Positions 52,890 through 64,000 of a stretch of DNA of 64,000 nucleotides are shown here, one piece after another. The notes beneath the pieces are model-generated. The model was not told the origin of the DNA. It worked only from the letters and a program-made list of their open reading frames with translations, and ran no database searches. Both the position numbers and the translations under genes were made by a program. This DNA is from Macrostomum lignano (Eukaryota), in assembly GCA_002269645.1 (NCBI GenBank), contig NIVC01001554.1, positions 146,298 through 210,297 on the forward strand, given 5' to 3'. Within the stretch, counting starts at the first letter, position 1, and every line of letters begins with the position of its first letter.

Positions 52890-53100
52890 ATGATGAGCGA
52901 TGACAGAAAAGTGCGATTAAACTACGAATTCCTACGAAAGTGCGTTGAAAGCAGCCCGATTCCGCCCATGTCGCCGGAATGGCTGGTCAACATAAAGCAC
53001 AAGATTGCCGAACATCTCCGCGAAGGCAAGGACGATTTTCTGAACGAAGTGCTGGCTGAAGTAAATCAGAACTTCGACACAAGCATGAAGAAATCTCTTG
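52890..53100 (+). CDS. DNAH12: DNAH12-like, exon 3
   Basis: TTTTCAG|ATG...G|GTGAGT; NYEFLRKCVESSPIPPMSPEWL. Confidence 0.85.
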
Positions 53101-53197
53101 GTGAGTAATTCAAAATTTTTAAACTAGAAAACCTGCTTGAAAGGGGTTGCTTTCAATGCAGATTATCAAATTTTAAGAGACGAAACATCGATTTTAG

Positions 53198-53273
53198 TTC
53201 AACTGTCTCTGAAGAAGCCTGATGTCCCTGGCCTGGAGGACGATGATCTAGTGGAACCGTCAGAGGAACCAGT
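53198..53273 (+). CDS. DNAH12: DNAH12-like, exon 4
   Basis: ATTTTAG|TT...GT|GTAGGT; VQLSLKKPDVPGLEDDDLVEPSEEPV; phases 1/2 fit the flanking exons. Confidence 0.78.
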
Positions 53274-53369
53274 GTAGGTCATCGACTTTAATTTAACTGA
53301 TCACTGAGAGAATTTAAGTAAGCCTAGCCGCTTCATTTCAAACGATTTCAAACTCAATAAAATTTTCAG

Positions 53370-54597
53370 AGGACTCGATTTCTCAAAGGAGTGGCACGAG
53401 AGTTTCGTAGCGAATAAGCGAGAAATTGCTTACCGGCTGATGATTCTGTATCCACAAATGCCAAAGCTGCTGGAGCTGTGCCAGCGCGAGCTCGGCCAGC
53501 AGATAATTCTGGACTTGGCTGAGTACAAGGCCGAAAGCCCCATGGAGTTTGAGACATTGCGCACAAATGTTACCTACGACTGCGAAAAGATGGAAGAGCG
53601 ATTACTCGGCCACTGGTACCGGGAGGTGATGAAGATATTCTCTGAACGCACAACTTCAGTGCTTCGTGTGGACCTTCAGGAGCCGTTCTACAGCTGTGTA
53701 ACTACTCTCATGTCAAACCAGCTCAAGCTGCTCAAAGAGGAAACCGTCAACGCGTGGGTTCTCCTCTTTGATGAGGAACAGCGCTTCCGGCTGCCGCAGC
53801 TCAACATGTTCCTGTCCTTCCAAGATCGCCAAATGAGCGTCGATCCAGAGTACGCGGTGTACGAGGACCTCCTACTCTCGGTTGTAGACGAGGTGAACAA
53901 GAGCCTAAGCTCGATTCCCACAGTGAGCTCGCAGCTGTCAGCCACGCCGAATGTGAACGTCCCGACGGAGCTGGCGGAGCACATCGTGCAGTTGGCCAAA
54001 GCCAAACTAAAATCCGCTGCCGCGCGCTACTTTGAAAGCGTAGAGAACAGCCTCAGGTCGTACCACGAGCGGTACGATTACCTGGTCGACGGTACGGCCA
54101 ACTCTCGAGTAGAGAAGTTCCTAACCGAGGAACACACGTTCGCCGAGTACTGCGAGCTGATCGAAGAGTATCGCGCCATCTCGTACGCCATTCGGCGTAA
54201 TCCAACCATAGAGTTCTACGATCTCATCCGGCTGAACGTCGAGGAGCTGAAGAACGGCCTCGCCGAAGTGGCTCAGGGCTACGCCGACCGCCTGCTGGAG
54301 CGGGTGGTGCGTGACCACCGTGCTGAGAACACAAAAATCTGCCAGCAGTTCGACTACGTCAAGGCCAGAGCTCAGAAGAAACCGGAGACCAGCGAGGAGC
54401 TCATGGAGATGATTAAATTCATGGAGCAAGCTCGTAGCACTGGCATGGTGACGCTGAATGAGAAGATCAAGGAATCACAAAACCGCCTGCAGTACTTGCT
54501 GGACGTCTGGATCTTCAACGACGACGATCTCCAGCTGAACAGTGAAGTCCTGACTTGGCCGAAGAGGATCTCGCCAATCTTCGATGAAAACGAGACG
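53370..54597 (+). CDS. DNAH12: DNAH12-like, exon 5 (tail)
   Basis: TTTTCAG|A...ACG|GTAAGT; GLDFSKEWH, FYSCVTTLMSNQLK, WPKRISPIFDEN. Confidence 0.9.
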
Positions 54598-54670
54598 GTA
54601 AGTAGCTGCTGAATATGATAAATTAAAGTACGCATTGAGTTACTTTGCTTCAATCAAATAACTCTTCCAG

Positions 54671-55005
54671 CTGCAAGAGGAGTCCAAGACTCAAGGTGAG
54701 AAGCTTCTGATTGAGCGCAAGGAGAAGCTAATTGCCGAGTTGCAGCGCATCCGCAACCGAGTGGACGAATTCAACGACTACGGCGAGATGGATCTCGAGA
54801 TCATGAGCCAGTACGTGCAGGACGTCAACAAAGTTCAGCAGCGCCTGGACACCGCTCGGGCCGACTCCGAGTGGATCAACAAGGAGGAGCAGCTGTACAA
54901 GTACCCTGTGACGCCATTCCCAGATATCGACGACTTGACTAACCTGATGCAGCCGTTCCTTAGCATCTTTAAGAACACATTCCGATACTTGAATAAGGAG
55001 AACCA
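54671..55005 (+). CDS. DNAH12: DNAH12-like, exon 6
   Basis: TTCCAG|CTG...CA|GTAAGT; KEKLIAELQR...WINKEEQLYKY. Confidence 0.88.
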
Positions 55006-55075
55006 GTAAGTGCATGAAATAGTGTTTATCGAACCATGGAACTACTTTAGCGTAATGTTTTATCTCTCTCTTCAG

Positions 55076-55565
55076 GTGGCTGAAAGGTGAATTCCTCGCC
55101 CTGGATGCCGAGCGCATTGCCGAAGAGGTGGATGAAATTAGCCGCGAAATTTTCCGCGTCTCCAAGGTGTTCAACAACCGGCTGAAGAAGATGCAGGCCG
55201 AAAAGGAAGAGCGGGAGCGCGAGAAGAAGAAGAGAAAGAAGCTGGAGGAAGACACTCAAGGTGAGGGTGGCGAGGAGGAAAAAGATGATGAAGAGGAAGT
55301 TAAGCCGCCCGCTGCACTGGACATTTGCAACACTCTAACGGAGAAGATCCGCGAGTTCAAGGAGAAGATCAACGTCATCGAAATTCTGTGCAACCCGGGC
55401 ATCCGGCAGCGTCACTGGGAAAAAATGTCCAGCATCTGCGGATTCGACATCACCCCGGATTCTGGAACAACTTTAATCAAGGTGCTCGGGCTCAAGCTGG
55501 ACGCCTTCATGGAGGAGTTCGGCCAGATATCCGCTGCCGCTACAAAGAGCACAGCCTTGAGAAGG
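55076..55565 (+). CDS. DNAH12: DNAH12-like, exon 7 (apparent 1-nt deletion at ~55547)
   Basis: TTCAG|G; NPGIRQRHWEK...PDSGTTL. The expected KEHSLEK appears only after a frame change; donor G|GTGAGT. Confidence 0.85.
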
Positions 55566-55639
55566 GTGAGTTCAGATTTGGCTTCTATCAAATTTCTAGT
55601 TCGTGGTTATTACACGCATTCCACATACCGGCATTTCAG

Positions 55640-56421
55640 GCATGAAGAAGATGATCGAAGACTGGGAGCCAATCAGCTTCTCCCTGATCCCCTACCGCGA
55701 GACCGGCATCAACATTCTGTCCAGTGTTGACGATATTCAAACCCAGCTCGACGACCAGATCATGCGCACGCAGACGATGCGTGGCTCGCCGTTCATCCGG
55801 CCATTTGAAAAGGAAATCCGAGAGTGGGAAGAGCGCCTGCTGCGCATTCAGGAGACCATCGACGAGTGGCTGAAGGTGCAGGCGAACTGGCTGTACCTAG
55901 AGCCGATCTTCAGCTCTGAGGACATCATGCAGCAGATGCCGGAACAGGGCCGCCTGTTCCAAACTGTGGATCGCAACTGGCGCGACATCATGAAGAACAC
56001 TGCCAAGGACCCCAAGCTGCTGAAGGCCACCGACATGCCCGGCCTCCTGGAGAAACTGAAAGACTCCAACGATCTGCTGGACAAGATCCAGAAGGGTCTG
56101 AACTCCTACCTGGAAAAGAAGCGTCTTTTCTTCCCTCGGTTTTTCTTCCTGTCGAACGATGAGATGTTGGAGATTCTGTCCGAGACAAAGGACCCGCTGC
56201 GCGTCCAGCCGCATCTTAAGAAGTGCTTTGAGGGCATCGCGAAGTTGGAGTTCGATAGTGCGCTGGACATTCACGGGATGTATTCGAGCGAAGGAGAGAA
56301 GATCAAGTTTAGCCAGACCATCAGCACGTCTGAGGCGCGAGGAGCGGTTGAAAAGTGGCTCCTTCAGGTGCAGGACGTCATGTTGATGTCCATGCGCGAT
56401 GTTATCGCTGCGTCCTACGAC
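55640..56421 (+). CDS. DNAH12: DNAH12-like, exon 8 (DHC_N2/linker)
   Basis: WLKVQANWLYLEPIFSSEDI...KRLFFPRFFFLSNDEMLEILSETKDPLRVQPHLKKCFEGI; donor GAC|GTAAGT. Confidence 0.95.
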
Positions 56422-57244
56422 GTAAGTCCTGTTTCTCTCTCCCTCAGCTAATCCATTTTTAGAGTTTATTTAAACAAAAAATTGAGCAAATCTCCCTTCC
56501 ATTCGTAGCGTTTGATCATTCTCGTATAATAGATTCCGTCAGAGCGGCAACAACTCAACCATCGTAAAATCGTTTTTTAGGACTTGTGTGACAAACGAAT
56601 CAACAACATCATGTTTGCGTCTAGTCCCGCCGATGAGCTGATACGTTTTTAAGCTTTAAAATTGTTTATTTAATTTTATTGGGCACACAATAGCATCAAT
56701 AGCTTAAGCATTTTCTCTGGTCATATTTGCTAGTACGAGTAAATTTAATTCGTTGCGTCCGATATATGTCACTAAGCATGGTAAACTATTAGGCTGTCAC
56801 GATGTACAGTTCGATCGGTACTTTTTATACAATACGATGAGATGCAGTTATTGTCGCACTGAATGCCAACGTTTCAGAAATATCCGTCGCTCTTGTCAGC
56901 GGACACGACGCATGTAATTTCTCAATTTGTCGTGCTTGTTTTTGTTCAGTTGTTGGTGAACTGAAGTTTGAAATTGAATGTTTGACCAGTGCCATCCCGA
57001 GACGCCAAAATCAATCCTTGCTGTTTCATAGTGTATCAATTGTCAAGTCACTGTCTATTTTTGTTTTTAATCACGAAATTCTACTCGTACTAATAATTTT
57101 GTCGGTTAAATGACTCAATCAATAACAGTATTTAAAATCACATATTTCCTTCCCTTCGCATGCAAACCATAAAATGTTTTTGTGTGCGCTGATTAATCAA
57201 TCTTCATTAACTGCAAGGTCACCTCAACCGTTTTCTCTTTATAG

Positions 57245-58563
57245 GCCTATGCTATTGAGGCCCGAAAGAAGTGGGTCTGTGACTGGCCTGGACAGGTAGT
57301 CCTGTGTGTCTCCCAGATCTACTGGACAGCCGAGGTGCACGACTCGCTAAGCGCCGGTGTCCAGGGTCTTAAGGACTACTACAAGAAGCTGTCCGACCAG
57401 CTATCTGACATCGTTGTGCTGGTTCGTGGCAAGCTGAACGCGCAGCAGCGCATCACTCTGGGTGCGCTGGTCGTTATCGATGTGCACTCCCGGGACGTGG
57501 TGGAAGACATGGTGAAGAAGGGCGTGTCCGATGAAAACGACTTCAATTGGCTGGCGCAGATGCGCTACTACTGGGAGGACGAGAACGTGTTCATCCGCCT
57601 GACCAACGCCAAAGTTCGGTACGCCTACGAGTACCTGGGCAACTCGCCGCGTCTTGTCATCACGCCGCTTACAGACAGGTGCTATCGCACTCTGATCGGC
57701 GCGTACCACCTCAATTTGAATGGCGCTCCCGAGGGTCCAGCCGGTACGGGCAAGACGGAAACAACAAAGGATTTGGCGAAGGCTCTGGCTGTACAGTGTG
57801 TTGTTTTTAACTGCTCGGACGGCCTGGACTACATTGCCATGGGGAAGTTCTTCAAGGGCCTGGCATCCAGCGGCGCCTGGGCCTGCTTCGACGAGTTCAA
57901 TCGAATCGAGCTCGAAGTATTGTCTGTGGTGGCGCAGCAGATTCTCAGCATCATCATCGCCGTGCGAAGCAAAGCCTCTGAGTTCGACTTCGAGGGAACC
58001 CTGCTCAAGCTCAACCCCAACTGCTACGTGTGCATCACCATGAACCCCGGATATGCCGGCCGCTCCGAGCTGCCCGACAACCTGAAGGTGCTGTTCCGGC
58101 CGGTGGCTATGATGGTGCCAGACTATGCCATGATCGGAGAGATCTCTCTTTACTCGTTCGGCTTCATGGACGCTCGAAACCTGGCCGTGAAGATTGTTAC
58201 CACTTACCGACTGAGCTCCGAGCTGCTCAGTTCGCAGAGCCACTACGACTACGGAATGCGTGCCGTCAAGGCTGTGCTCTCAGCTGCCGGAAATCTCAAG
58301 CTGAAGTTTCCAGATGACGATGAGAACATCCTGCTGCTACGCTCCATCCTGGATGTGAACTTGCCAAAATTCTTGTCGCACGATATTCCACTGTTTGAGG
58401 GCATCATCAGCGACTTGTTTCCGGGAGTTAAGAGGCCCGAAGCGGACTACAGGATCTTCCTCGACGAAATTCGTCGCGTATGCGAGGCTCACAAACTGCA
58501 GAGTGTTGACTTCTTTACCGAGAAAATCATCCAGACCTACGAAATGATGATCGTACGTCACGG
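57245..58563 (+). CDS. DNAH12: DNAH12-like, exon 9 (AAA1)
   Basis: TATAG|GCC; [21 protein letters not shown]-loop [25 protein letters not shown]; donor GG|GTGAGT. Confidence 0.97.
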
Positions 58564-58642
58564 GTGAGTTGCCGAGTGAATGCTTTTGCTGATTGTTTAT
58601 CGTATGAGCAAACAGTACACAATAAATGCTTTCCTATTTTAG

Positions 58643-58956
58643 CTTCATGCTGGTGGGCGAACCGTTCGGTGGAAAGACGAGTGTGCTTCATGTTCTGGCC
58701 GAGACGATGACCAATTTGAACGAGGCCGGCTACTCGGAAGACTACGAGAAGGTCATGTACCGGACCATCAATCCCAAAGCCATCACAATGGGCCAGCTTT
58801 TTGGCCAGTTCGACCCGGTGTCGCACGAGTGGACCGACGGTATCACAGCCAACACGTTCCGAGAATTCGCTTCTAACGACACACCCGACCGGAAGTGGGT
58901 CATTTTCGATGGGCCCATCGATACGCTGTGGATTGAGTCCATGAACACTGTTCTGG
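58643..58956 (+). CDS. DNAH12: DNAH12-like, exon 10 (AAA2)
   Basis: GEPFGGKT; [20 protein letters not shown]; [18 protein letters not shown]. Confidence 0.96.
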
Positions 58957-59042
58957 GTGAGCTTGGATTAAATAGATAGCACAATTTATCAATAAAATGT
59001 GAAATATTCAACGGCACTGTCAATATTTTTGTTTAATTGCAG

Positions 59043-59644
59043 ACGACAACAAGAAGCTGTGTCTGATGTCTGGAGAAATCATCCAGATGAGCAAGGTCAT
59101 GAGTCTCATCTTCGAGACCATGGACCTGTCGCAGGCGTCCCCGGCCACTGTCAGCCGGTGTGGCATGATTTACCTCGAGCCCAGCACTCTGGGCTGGCGC
59201 CCGTTGGTCAAGTCCTGGATCGAAAGCTTCCCCGAGGTGCTGATCAAGGACGGCAGCCAAGAAGTGATGTCGCACCTCATGGAGTGGGCCATTGATCCTT
59301 GCCTGGACTTTGTGCGCAAGAGCTGCCGAGAGTACATCAACAGCAGCCAGACTAATCTGGTGCGGTCATGCATGTTCTTCATCGACATGCTCATGGACGA
59401 GCACGTCAACGCCGAGAACGCCAAGGACAACAAGCACCTGAAGACGTGGATTGTAGCTGCCTGGCTCTTTGCCATCCCGTGGTCCATCGGCGGCATTCTG
59501 GACGTCGACAGTCGAGAAAAATTCGACAAGTTCTTCCGCGAACTCATCAGTGGTCGCAATGAGGCTAACCCGATACCAAAGGAGATAGGCAAGATTGAGA
59601 CCGTGTTCCCAGAAAATGGAATGGTCTATGACTACATGTACGAG
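59043..59644 (+). CDS. DNAH12: DNAH12-like, exon 11
   Basis: DDNKKLCLMSGEII...ASPATVSRCGMIY; donor GAG|GTATGC. Confidence 0.96.
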
Positions 59645-60001
59645 GTATGCACTTGCTACAACTAAGCTTCAATTCTGCCAGTCTGTCTAACAAAGCATAA
59701 CGCAAGCTAACAAACAATTTCTTCTATCATGTGCAAACTTCCAGTTTAATAGGCTCAACCTTGTTGTAAGTTAATTGTCATGACCAAAGTGGCACAGTCA
59801 CAGTGGCTAGAATCACGATTTTATTTGTGTCAAATTTCGTATAAATGTGTTTTTTCAGCCAGTAACAAAGAGGAAAGATTTTTTTATCTTTTTTTATGAA
59901 AATGCTTTATTTCAAGAATTCACACGCATTTTCATAGGGTCAGCAGCAGAAATCTGACTTAGTCGGAAGTAGAGCAAGCACTGCCTTTGTTGCCATTGCA
60001 G

Positions 60002-63000
60002 ACCAAGGCCAGAGGCCAGTGGCGCCACTGGAACGATCTGATTCGCGGCTCGGATCTGTTTGCCGGCAAGAAGATCCGCGAGATCCTGGTGCCCACCATG
60101 GACACCGCACGCTACAAGTTCATCATGGATCTCTGCATTGAGAAATCACGGCCGCTCATGTTTGTCGGCCCTACCGGCACGGGAAAATCCGTCTACGTCC
60201 AGGACAAGATGATGAACGAGCTGTCAAAGGACAAATTTGTGCCTCATTTCGTGAATTTCAGTGCTCAGACAAGCGCCAATCAGACGCAGACCGTCATCAT
60301 GTCAAAGCTGGACAGGCGCCGCAAGGGAATCTTCGGACCGCCGATCAACAAGCAGGCTGTCATTTTCATTGACGACATCAATATGCCGCAGAAGGAGGTG
60401 TATGGAGCCCAGCCGCCCATTGAGCTGCTTCGCCAGTACTTTGACCACGGCAACTGGTACGACTTGAAGGACACTTCCAAGATCATCCTTCAGGATGTTT
60501 ACTTCATCGCCGCCATGGGACCACCGGGTGGCGGCCGCAACGACATCACGCCGCGCTTCATGCGACACTTCAACATCGTCTCAATGACGCCATTTAACGA
60601 TGACACAATGATTCGCATTTTCACAGCTCTGATGAATACGTACATGAAGACGCAAGGCTTCACATCGGACTTCCTCGCCATCGGCAGTACCATCGTGCAC
60701 TCGACCATGGAGGTCTACAAGGCAGCTATCAAGAATCTCCTGCCAACGCCGGCTAAGAGTCACTACGTGTTCAACCTGCGCGACTTCAGCCGAATCATCC
60801 TGGGTGTCTGTCTGATTAAGCGCGAGCAGGTGACAGAGAAACGCGTCTTCACTCGCCTGTGGTGCCACGAGGTGATGCGCGTCTTTTACGATCGTCTAAC
60901 AGACGACACGGACAGGAAATGGCTATTCAAGCTGCTGCAGGACTCAGTAAAGAACCACTTCAAGGACAGCTTCGAGTCCGTGTTTGAGCATCTGGCCGGT
61001 GGCGGTACTGGGCAGGGGTCAGTCAGCGAGGAAGACGTCAGATCGTTGATCTTTGGCGACTTCATGAACCCGGATCTTGAGCCTGATGAGCGGGTGTACG
61101 AAGAAGCAAAGAGCATTGACGATTTGTACCCGATTGTCGAGCAGGCTCTGGACGAGTACAACAACATTCAAAAGAACAAGATGCACCTGGTCATCTTCCG
61201 CTACGTACTAGAGCATCTATCAAGAATCTGCCGCATCCTCAGGACGCCAGGAGGTCACGCCCTTCTTGTCGGCGTCGGCGGCTCTGGTAGACAGTCGCTA
61301 ACGCGGCTGGCCACCTCAATGGCTGGCTACATCATCTGCCAGCCGGAAATCTCAAAGAATTACGGCATGACCGAGTGGCGCGAGGACGTCAAGAAGATGA
61401 TGAAGAAAGCCGGTGCTGAAGGAAAGAAAACCGTCTTCCTGATGGCCGACACGCAGATCAAAGAGGAAACCTTCCTGGAGGACATTGACAATCTGCTAAA
61501 CACGGGAGAAATTCCCAACCTTTTCCCCAACGACGAGAAGGTTGAGATCATGGAGACCGTGCGGCCATTTGCCCAAGCTGGCGACAAGAACGCCGACTTC
61601 TCTCCAATCGCCCTGTACGCATTCTTCGTGAATCGGGTGCGAGAGAACCTGCACATTGTGATCGCCTTCTCGCCTATTGGCGACGCATTCAGGAATCGGC
61701 TACGGAAGTTTCCCAGCCTGATCAACTGCTGCACAATTGACTGGTTCCAGCCCTGGCCACCAGATGCTCTGGAACGCGTGGCCATGAAGTCCTTCGAGTC
61801 AGTCGATATGGAGGATGACCACAGGACCGACGTGGTGAAGATTGTGCAGAATTTCCACACCAGCATTCGACTGCTGTCAGAAAAGTTTTTGACGGAGATG
61901 GGACGTAAGACATACGTGACGCCCACCTCCTATTTAGAGCTTATCCTCAGCTTCCGAGGCCTCATCAATGCCAAACAGGAGGAAACGATGCGCCAAAAGC
62001 GGCGCTACGTCAATGGTCTGGACAAGCTGGCCTTCGCTGGTGAGCAAGTGAAGGACATGCAGGAGAAGCTGGAGGCTCTGCAGCCGCAGCTGGTGCAGGC
62101 CAGCGCTGAGAACATTGAGCTTATGAAAGTTATCGAGCACGAATCGGTTGTAGTTGCCGAGCAGGAGGACAAGGTGACCAAGGAGGAGGCGATGGTTAAC
62201 GAGAAGGCGGCCTCCTCGCGTGCGTTAAAGGATGAATGCGAAGCGGACCTGGCTGAGGCCCTGCCAGCTCTTGAGGCCGCCCTGGAGGCGCTGAATACCC
62301 TGAAGCCCAGTGATATCACCATCGTGAAAACGATGCAGAATCCTCCCGAAGGCGTAAAGATCGTGATGGCCGCCGTGTGCGTAATGCGCCAGGTGCCGCC
62401 CGACAAGATTCAAGACCCGGCAGGCGGACCCAAAAAGGTGCTCGATTACTGGGGCCCGTCCAAGAAGCTGATCAACGACATGAATTTCCTGAATTATCTG
62501 AAAGAGTATGACAAAGACAACATACCCGTCGCGGTGATGACAAAGATCCGCAAGGAGTACATACCAAATCCCGAGTTCGAGCCCAGCAAGGTGTCACGTG
62601 CATCGTCCGCAGCTGAAGGTCTGTGCAAGTGGATCCTCGCCATGGAGGTCTACGATCGCGTCGCCAAGGTGGTGGCCCCGAAGAAGGCCAAGCTGGCCGA
62701 GGCCGAGTCGAGCTGAAGAGCAACATGGAGATTCTGGCGCAGAAGCAGGGCGAGTTGCGCGCCGTGCAGGACAAGCTGGCCCAGCTGAAGCAGCGGCTGG
62801 AGGACGCGCAGAATGAGAAGGCGCGCCTAGAGACGGAGGTCGATCTCTGCGCCAAGAAGCTGGACAGAGCCAAGAAGCTATCGGCGGCCTTGGAGGGGAG
62901 AAGGACCGCTGGGATCAGGCGGCCAAGAACCTGCAGAGCATCTACGACAACCTGCTTGGCGATGTGCTCATATCCGCAGGTGTTATTGCCTACCTGGGCC

Positions 63001-63203
63001 CATTCACCATGATCTACCAGGTCCCAGACCACCAACGAGTGGGTGAAGCTGTGCAAAGAAAAGAATATTCCCTGTTCGGATAATTTCTCCCTGACCGTCT
63101 GTCTGGGCGATCCCGTGCAGATCCAGGCCTGGAACATTGCCGGCCTGCCGAGAGACGCGTTCTCCATTGACAATTCGGTCATTGTGTCCAACTCCAGGCG
63201 CTG
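60002..63203 (+). CDS. DNAH12: DNAH12-like, exon 12 (AAA3, AAA4, stalk/MTBD; indels at ~62710, ~62880, ~63018, ~63204)
   Basis: GPTGTGKS, HYVFNLRDFSR, GVGGSGRQS, CCTIDWFQPWP, YVTPTSYLELI, stalk coiled coil, LGDPVQIQAWNIAGLP. Confidence 0.94.
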
Positions 63204-63296
63204 CGTGAGTGCTAAGCAATCGATTGTAATATACCATTTTGAGTCTCGACAGTGCAAAGACGCACAAATTCGTTGGTTTTTGCGTAAAAGCGTTGC

Positions 63297-63708
63297 TTCG
63301 ATGGGATGCCGCAACTCCCCCAGTCCATTGATGGGATTCCGCAACTCCCCCAGTCCATCGATAGGATTCCGCAACTCCCCCAGTCCATCGATAGGATTCC
63401 GCAACTCCCCCAGTCCATCGATAGGATTCCGCAACTCCCCCAGTCCATCGATAGGATTCCGCAACTCCCCCAGTCCATCGATGGGATTCCGCAACTCCCC
63501 CAGTCCATCGATGGGATTCCGCAACTCCCCAGTCCATCGATGGGATGCCGCAACTCCCCCAGTCCATTGATGGGATTCCGCAACTCCCCCAGTCCATCGA
63601 TAGGATTCCGCAACTCCCCCAGTCCATCGATGGGATTCCGCAACTCCCCCAGTCCATCGATGGGATGCCGCAACTCCCCGGTCCATCGATGGATGCCGCT
63701 ACTCCCTG
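63297..63708. repeat. 30-nt minisatellite CCCCAGTCCATCGAT(A/G)GGATTCCGCAACTC, ~14 copies, in dynein intron 12
   Basis: Visible tandem repeat between donor 63205 and acceptor 63780. Confidence 0.96.
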
Positions 63709-63780
63709 GTCTTCACCAAAGGAACTCAATTGATTCTGCTGTCACGTGATTTAACATAAGCTTTCTATCGACACGTTTAG

Positions 63781-64000
63781 GCCGCTCATGATCGATCCGC
63801 AAGGCCAGGCCAACAAGTGGATCAAGAACACATACAAGTCGACGCCAGGCTTCGCCGTGATCAAACTGAGCGACTCGAACTACATGCGCCAGATGGAGAT
63901 GGCCATCAGCTACGGCAACCCGCTGCTACTAGAGAATGTCGGAGAGGAGCTGGACCCCAGCCTGGAACCGGTGCTGCTCAAGCAGACTTTCAAGCAGAGT
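63781..64000 (+). CDS. DNAH12: DNAH12-like, exon 13 (AAA5 start; truncated by the window end)
   Basis: TTTAG|G CCG gives (W)PLMIDPQGQANKWIK...NPLLLENVGEELDPSLEPVLLKQ. Confidence 0.94.

Noticed and set aside
56788-56830. TAGGCTGTCACGAT resembling hAT/MITE termini in dynein intron 8
   Set aside because: No matching inverted terminus or TSD found.
62472-63749. Several 129-404-aa ORFs near the window end
   Set aside because: Explained by dynein frameshift pieces, antisense shadow and the intronic 30-nt repeat.

Overview
Eukaryotic (animal) genomic DNA with spliceosomal GT-AG introns. GC-rich codons and very dense minisatellites suggest a flatworm such as Macrostomum; this is inferred, not shown. 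Four minus-strand genes lie in tandem: a FAM174-like membrane protein (2 exons, ~51690-41836), ZNF330/NOA36 (2 exons, 13.8 kb intron), the HEN1/HENMT1 small-RNA 2'-O-methyltransferase (with an in-frame 30-nt coding minisatellite) and a Bax-like Bcl-2-family gene (3 exons found, last exon not located). Head-to-head with them on the plus strand is a DNAH12-like inner-arm dynein heavy chain (13 exons, runs off the window, 5 single-base indels). About a third of the window is tandem repeat, and several arrays are sibling families sharing cores. A 3.5 kb Foldback/Mutator-like element with a 9-bp TSD sits in the FAM174-like intron. The main leads are: (i) HEN1 lacks an in-frame ATG, and the FAM174-like signal-peptide frame lacks one too, where splice acceptors would let a flatworm spliced leader supply its 3'-terminal AUG; (ii) an SL-like 12-mer is encoded just upstream of ZNF330; (iii) the HEN1 repeat insertion; (iv) locally propagating minisatellite families.
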